Positions 61,973 through 64,000 of a DNA stretch of 64,000 nt are shown piece by piece. The stretch comes from Candidatus Nomurabacteria bacterium (GTDB lineage Bacteria; Patescibacteriota; Minisyncoccia; Phycocordibacterales; JAACPR01), in contig JACKFZ010000006.1 in NCBI GenBank assembly GCA_020632215.1, positions 12,574 through 76,573 on the forward strand, read 5' to 3'. The stretch's first letter is position 1, and each line of letters starts with the position of its first letter. Both the position numbers and the translations under genes were made by a program. Below the pieces are notes generated by a model. The model worked only from the letters and a program-made list of their open reading frames with translations. It was not told where the DNA came from and did not search any database.

Positions 61973-64000
61973 ATGAATTTGGATTCTAAAATATTAGATT
62001 TTCATCTATCTGAACTTCAGAAAAAGGCTTTGAAAAAGCTAAAAATCGAAAAAGTCAGGGATTTGCTTTACCATTTCCCTACTCGTTACGGTGATACTTC
62101 TCAAACCAACTTTGTAGAAAATCTAGAGTCTGGTATGCAAGCTACACTTTTTGGTAGAGTAAAAAATTTAAAAACTGGAAAAACTTTTCGTAGCAAAATG
62201 TCACAAGCCACTGGAACTTTTTATGACGACACGGGTGAGATAAAAGTAGCCTGGTTCAATCAACCTTATTTAGCCAAAATGTTAAATGAAGAAAAAATTA
62301 TTCGATTAACAGGAAAAGTGTCTGAATACAATGAGAAACTAAGAATTAACAATCCGAAGGTTGAAGAGGTTTCAGAAATTCCGATCGGTGTCGGCAATTC
62401 TCTTTTTGGTAAAGATGGAGAACAACATACGCTTTACCCTGTTTATTCAGAAAGCAAAGGTCTTACTTCCAACTGGATTTATCACAATATAAAAAAGATT
62501 TTTAAAAATAAATTTTTTGAAAAAATAGAAGATCCAATACCAATAGAAATTTTAGAAAAATATAATTTGCCAAAGTTAAAGACAGCTTTGATCTGGATTC
62601 ATAGTCCTCATAAAGAATCCGACGCTTTAGCAGCTAGAAAAAGATTTGCCTTTGAAGAAATTTTCTACATTCAATTACAAAGACAATTGGCTAGAAAAGA
62701 ACGAGGTCAAAAAAAGTCTTTCAAAATTCCAGTTGATCAAAAAGAGATAAAAAAATTTGTAGATAGATTCCCTTTCGAATTAACTGATTCTCAAAATCAT
62801 GCTATTGGTGACATTTTGAATGACTTCAAATCAGGAAAACCGATGGCTCGCCTACTTGAAGGTGATGTTGGTTCTGGAAAAACTGCAGTGGCAGCTGCTA
62901 CTGTTTATGCAGTAACAAATGCAACGCCAAATGAAAAACAAAACTTTGGTCATTTGCAAACTGCATATATGGTGCCAACAGAAATTTTGGCCAAGCAACA
63001 TTTTCAAAACTTCATTACTTTTTTTGAACACATGCACATCAGTATCGGTCTGATAACTTCCAGTGGTTGCTACAAGTTCCCATCGAAAATCAATCCGAAA
63101 GAAGCGACGAAAATTTCTAGAACTCAACTGCTTAAATGGGTAGCAAATGGTGAAATACCAATTTTGATCGGCACACATTCTCTGATTCAAAAATCAGTAA
63201 AATTTGAAAATTTAGCTTATGTCATTATTGACGAACAGCATCGCTTTGGAACATTACAAAGACAGAAGCTTGCACGAAAAGACGACTTTGAGCCACATTT
63301 ACTTTCCATGACGGCGACTCCTATTCCTAGAACCCTTGCCCTCACAATTTATGGTGACCTTGATCTAACACTACTCGATCAAATGCCCATGGGCAGAAAA
63401 CCGATTATTACAGAACTTGTTCTGCCAAATCAACGTGAAAAAATTTATGAAAAAATAAAAGAAGAAATAGCAAATGGCAGACAGATATATGTCATTTGTC
63501 CTCGCATAGAAGAGCCAGACCCCACAAAACAAACTGCTTTGAATGTTAAGTCAGTAAAAGCCGAGGCCAAAAGACTAAAAGAAAAAATATTCACAAAACA
63601 AAACATCGCCATCCTCCACTCCAAAATGAAACCGGATGAAAAAGAAAAAGTAATGAAAGATTTTGAAGATGGAAAAATAGACATATTAGTTTCCACTTCT
63701 GTAGTCGAGGTCGGAGTTAATGTACCGAATGCCACCAACATCATAATTGAAGGGGCCGAGAGATTTGGTTTATCACAATTACATCAGTTGCGAGGAAGAG
63801 TCTTACGAAGTAATCATCAAGCGTATGCTTACCTATTTTCTGATACAAAATCAGATACTTCTATTGAAAGATTGAAAGCTTTGCAGACTGCTAAAAATGG
63901 TTTCGAACTTTCAGAATTTGACTTGAAATTTAGAGGTGCAGGAGAACTTTATGGCAAAAAACAATGGGGTGTTTCTGATCTAGGTATGGAAGCTATTAAG
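61973..64000 (+). CDS. recG: ATP-dependent DNA helicase RecG (partial; continues past the window end)
   Basis: Manual translation from ATG 61973 gives MNLDSKILDFHLSELQKKALKKLKIEKVRDLLYHFPTRY. Walker A LEGDVGSGKT, IIDEQHRFG and LSMTATPIPRTLA lie downstream. Not in the ORF track because no stop falls within the window. Confidence 0.8.
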   Translation, partial: MNLDSKILDFHLSELQKKALKKLKIEKVRDLLYHFPTRYGDTSQTNFVENLESGMQATLFGRVKNLKTGKTFRSKMSQATGTFYDDTGEIKVAWFNQPYLAKMLNEEKIIRLTGKVSEYNEKLRINNPKVEEVSEIPIGVGNSLFGKDGEQHTLYPVYSESKGLTSNWIYHNIKKIFKNKFFEKIEDPIPIEILEKYNLPKLKTALIWIHSPHKESDALAARKRFAFEEIFYIQLQRQLARKERGQKKSFKIPVDQKEIKKFVDRFPFELTDSQNHAIGDILNDFKSGKPMARLLEGDVGSGKTAVAAATVYAVTNATPNEKQNFGHLQTAYMVPTEILAKQHFQNFITFFEHMHISIGLITSSGCYKFPSKINPKEATKISRTQLLKWVANGEIPILIGTHSLIQKSVKFENLAYVIIDEQHRFGTLQRQKLARKDDFEPHLLSMTATPIPRTLALTIYGDLDLTLLDQMPMGRKPIITELVLPNQREKIYEKIKEEIANGRQIYVICPRIEEPDPTKQTALNVKSVKAEAKRLKEKIFTKQNIAILHSKMKPDEKEKVMKDFEDGKIDILVSTSVVEVGVNVPNATNIIIEGAERFGLSQLHQLRGRVLRSNHQAYAYLFSDTKSDTSIERLKALQTAKNGFELSEFDLKFRGAGELYGKKQWGVSDLGMEAIK

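Noticed and set aside
62852-63744. Minus-strand ORFs of 112 aa and 99 aa
   Set aside because: Lie inside and antisense to the conserved recG reading frame (the Walker A motif and DEQH box are on the + strand).

Overview
This is an AT-rich (~35% GC) segment of bacterial chromosome. The gene content looks like Patescibacteria/CPR: split transketolase, the Ctc form of L25, a type IV pilus cluster and many short proteins. The standard genetic code appears to be in use. Full-length conserved proteins have no recoded stops, tRNA-Trp carries anticodon CCA, and RF1 is present.

Positions 1-49.5 kb are mostly housekeeping genes on the minus strand:
- parB, miaA, a HIT hydrolase, L33, gyrB, pheST, tsf, rpsB, prfA, rpmE, rplY
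- fba, the two transketolase halves, rpe, rpiB, gap, gatB
- a pilMNO-pilB-response regulator-pilT-pilC block and galU
- four tRNAs in the whole window: Leu-CAA, Trp-CCA and Thr-UGU here, plus Ser-GCU in the accessory block

The intergenic spacers carry several families of short repeats:
- GTCATCC...GGATGAC palindromic elements
- 7-bp tandem microsatellites of TAGTAAA / TAGAATG / CATACTA type
- shared GC hairpins that also serve as intrinsic terminators

Positions ~49.65-61.95 kb are an accessory/mobile block inserted at the 3' end of tRNA-Ser (60401..60490, minus strand). It holds a tightly packed minus-strand defence operon: an XRE regulator, a GmrSD-like DUF262/DUF1524 type IV nuclease, then type I hsdM, hsdS and hsdR, and a small protein with a HEPN R-x4-H motif. 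The operon is flanked by a perfectly conserved ~194-bp GC-rich repeat in inverted orientation. Next to it is a large serine recombinase whose 3' coding end is duplicated in inverted orientation (~134 bp), with the repeat boundary falling exactly on the tRNA-Ser 3' terminus. Three uncharacterised small genes then lie before a partial recG at the window end.

The best candidate for something new is the HEPN gene coupled to the type I R-M and GmrSD operon, together with its nested inverted-repeat and recombinase architecture. That arrangement suggests a mobile and possibly invertible defence island.
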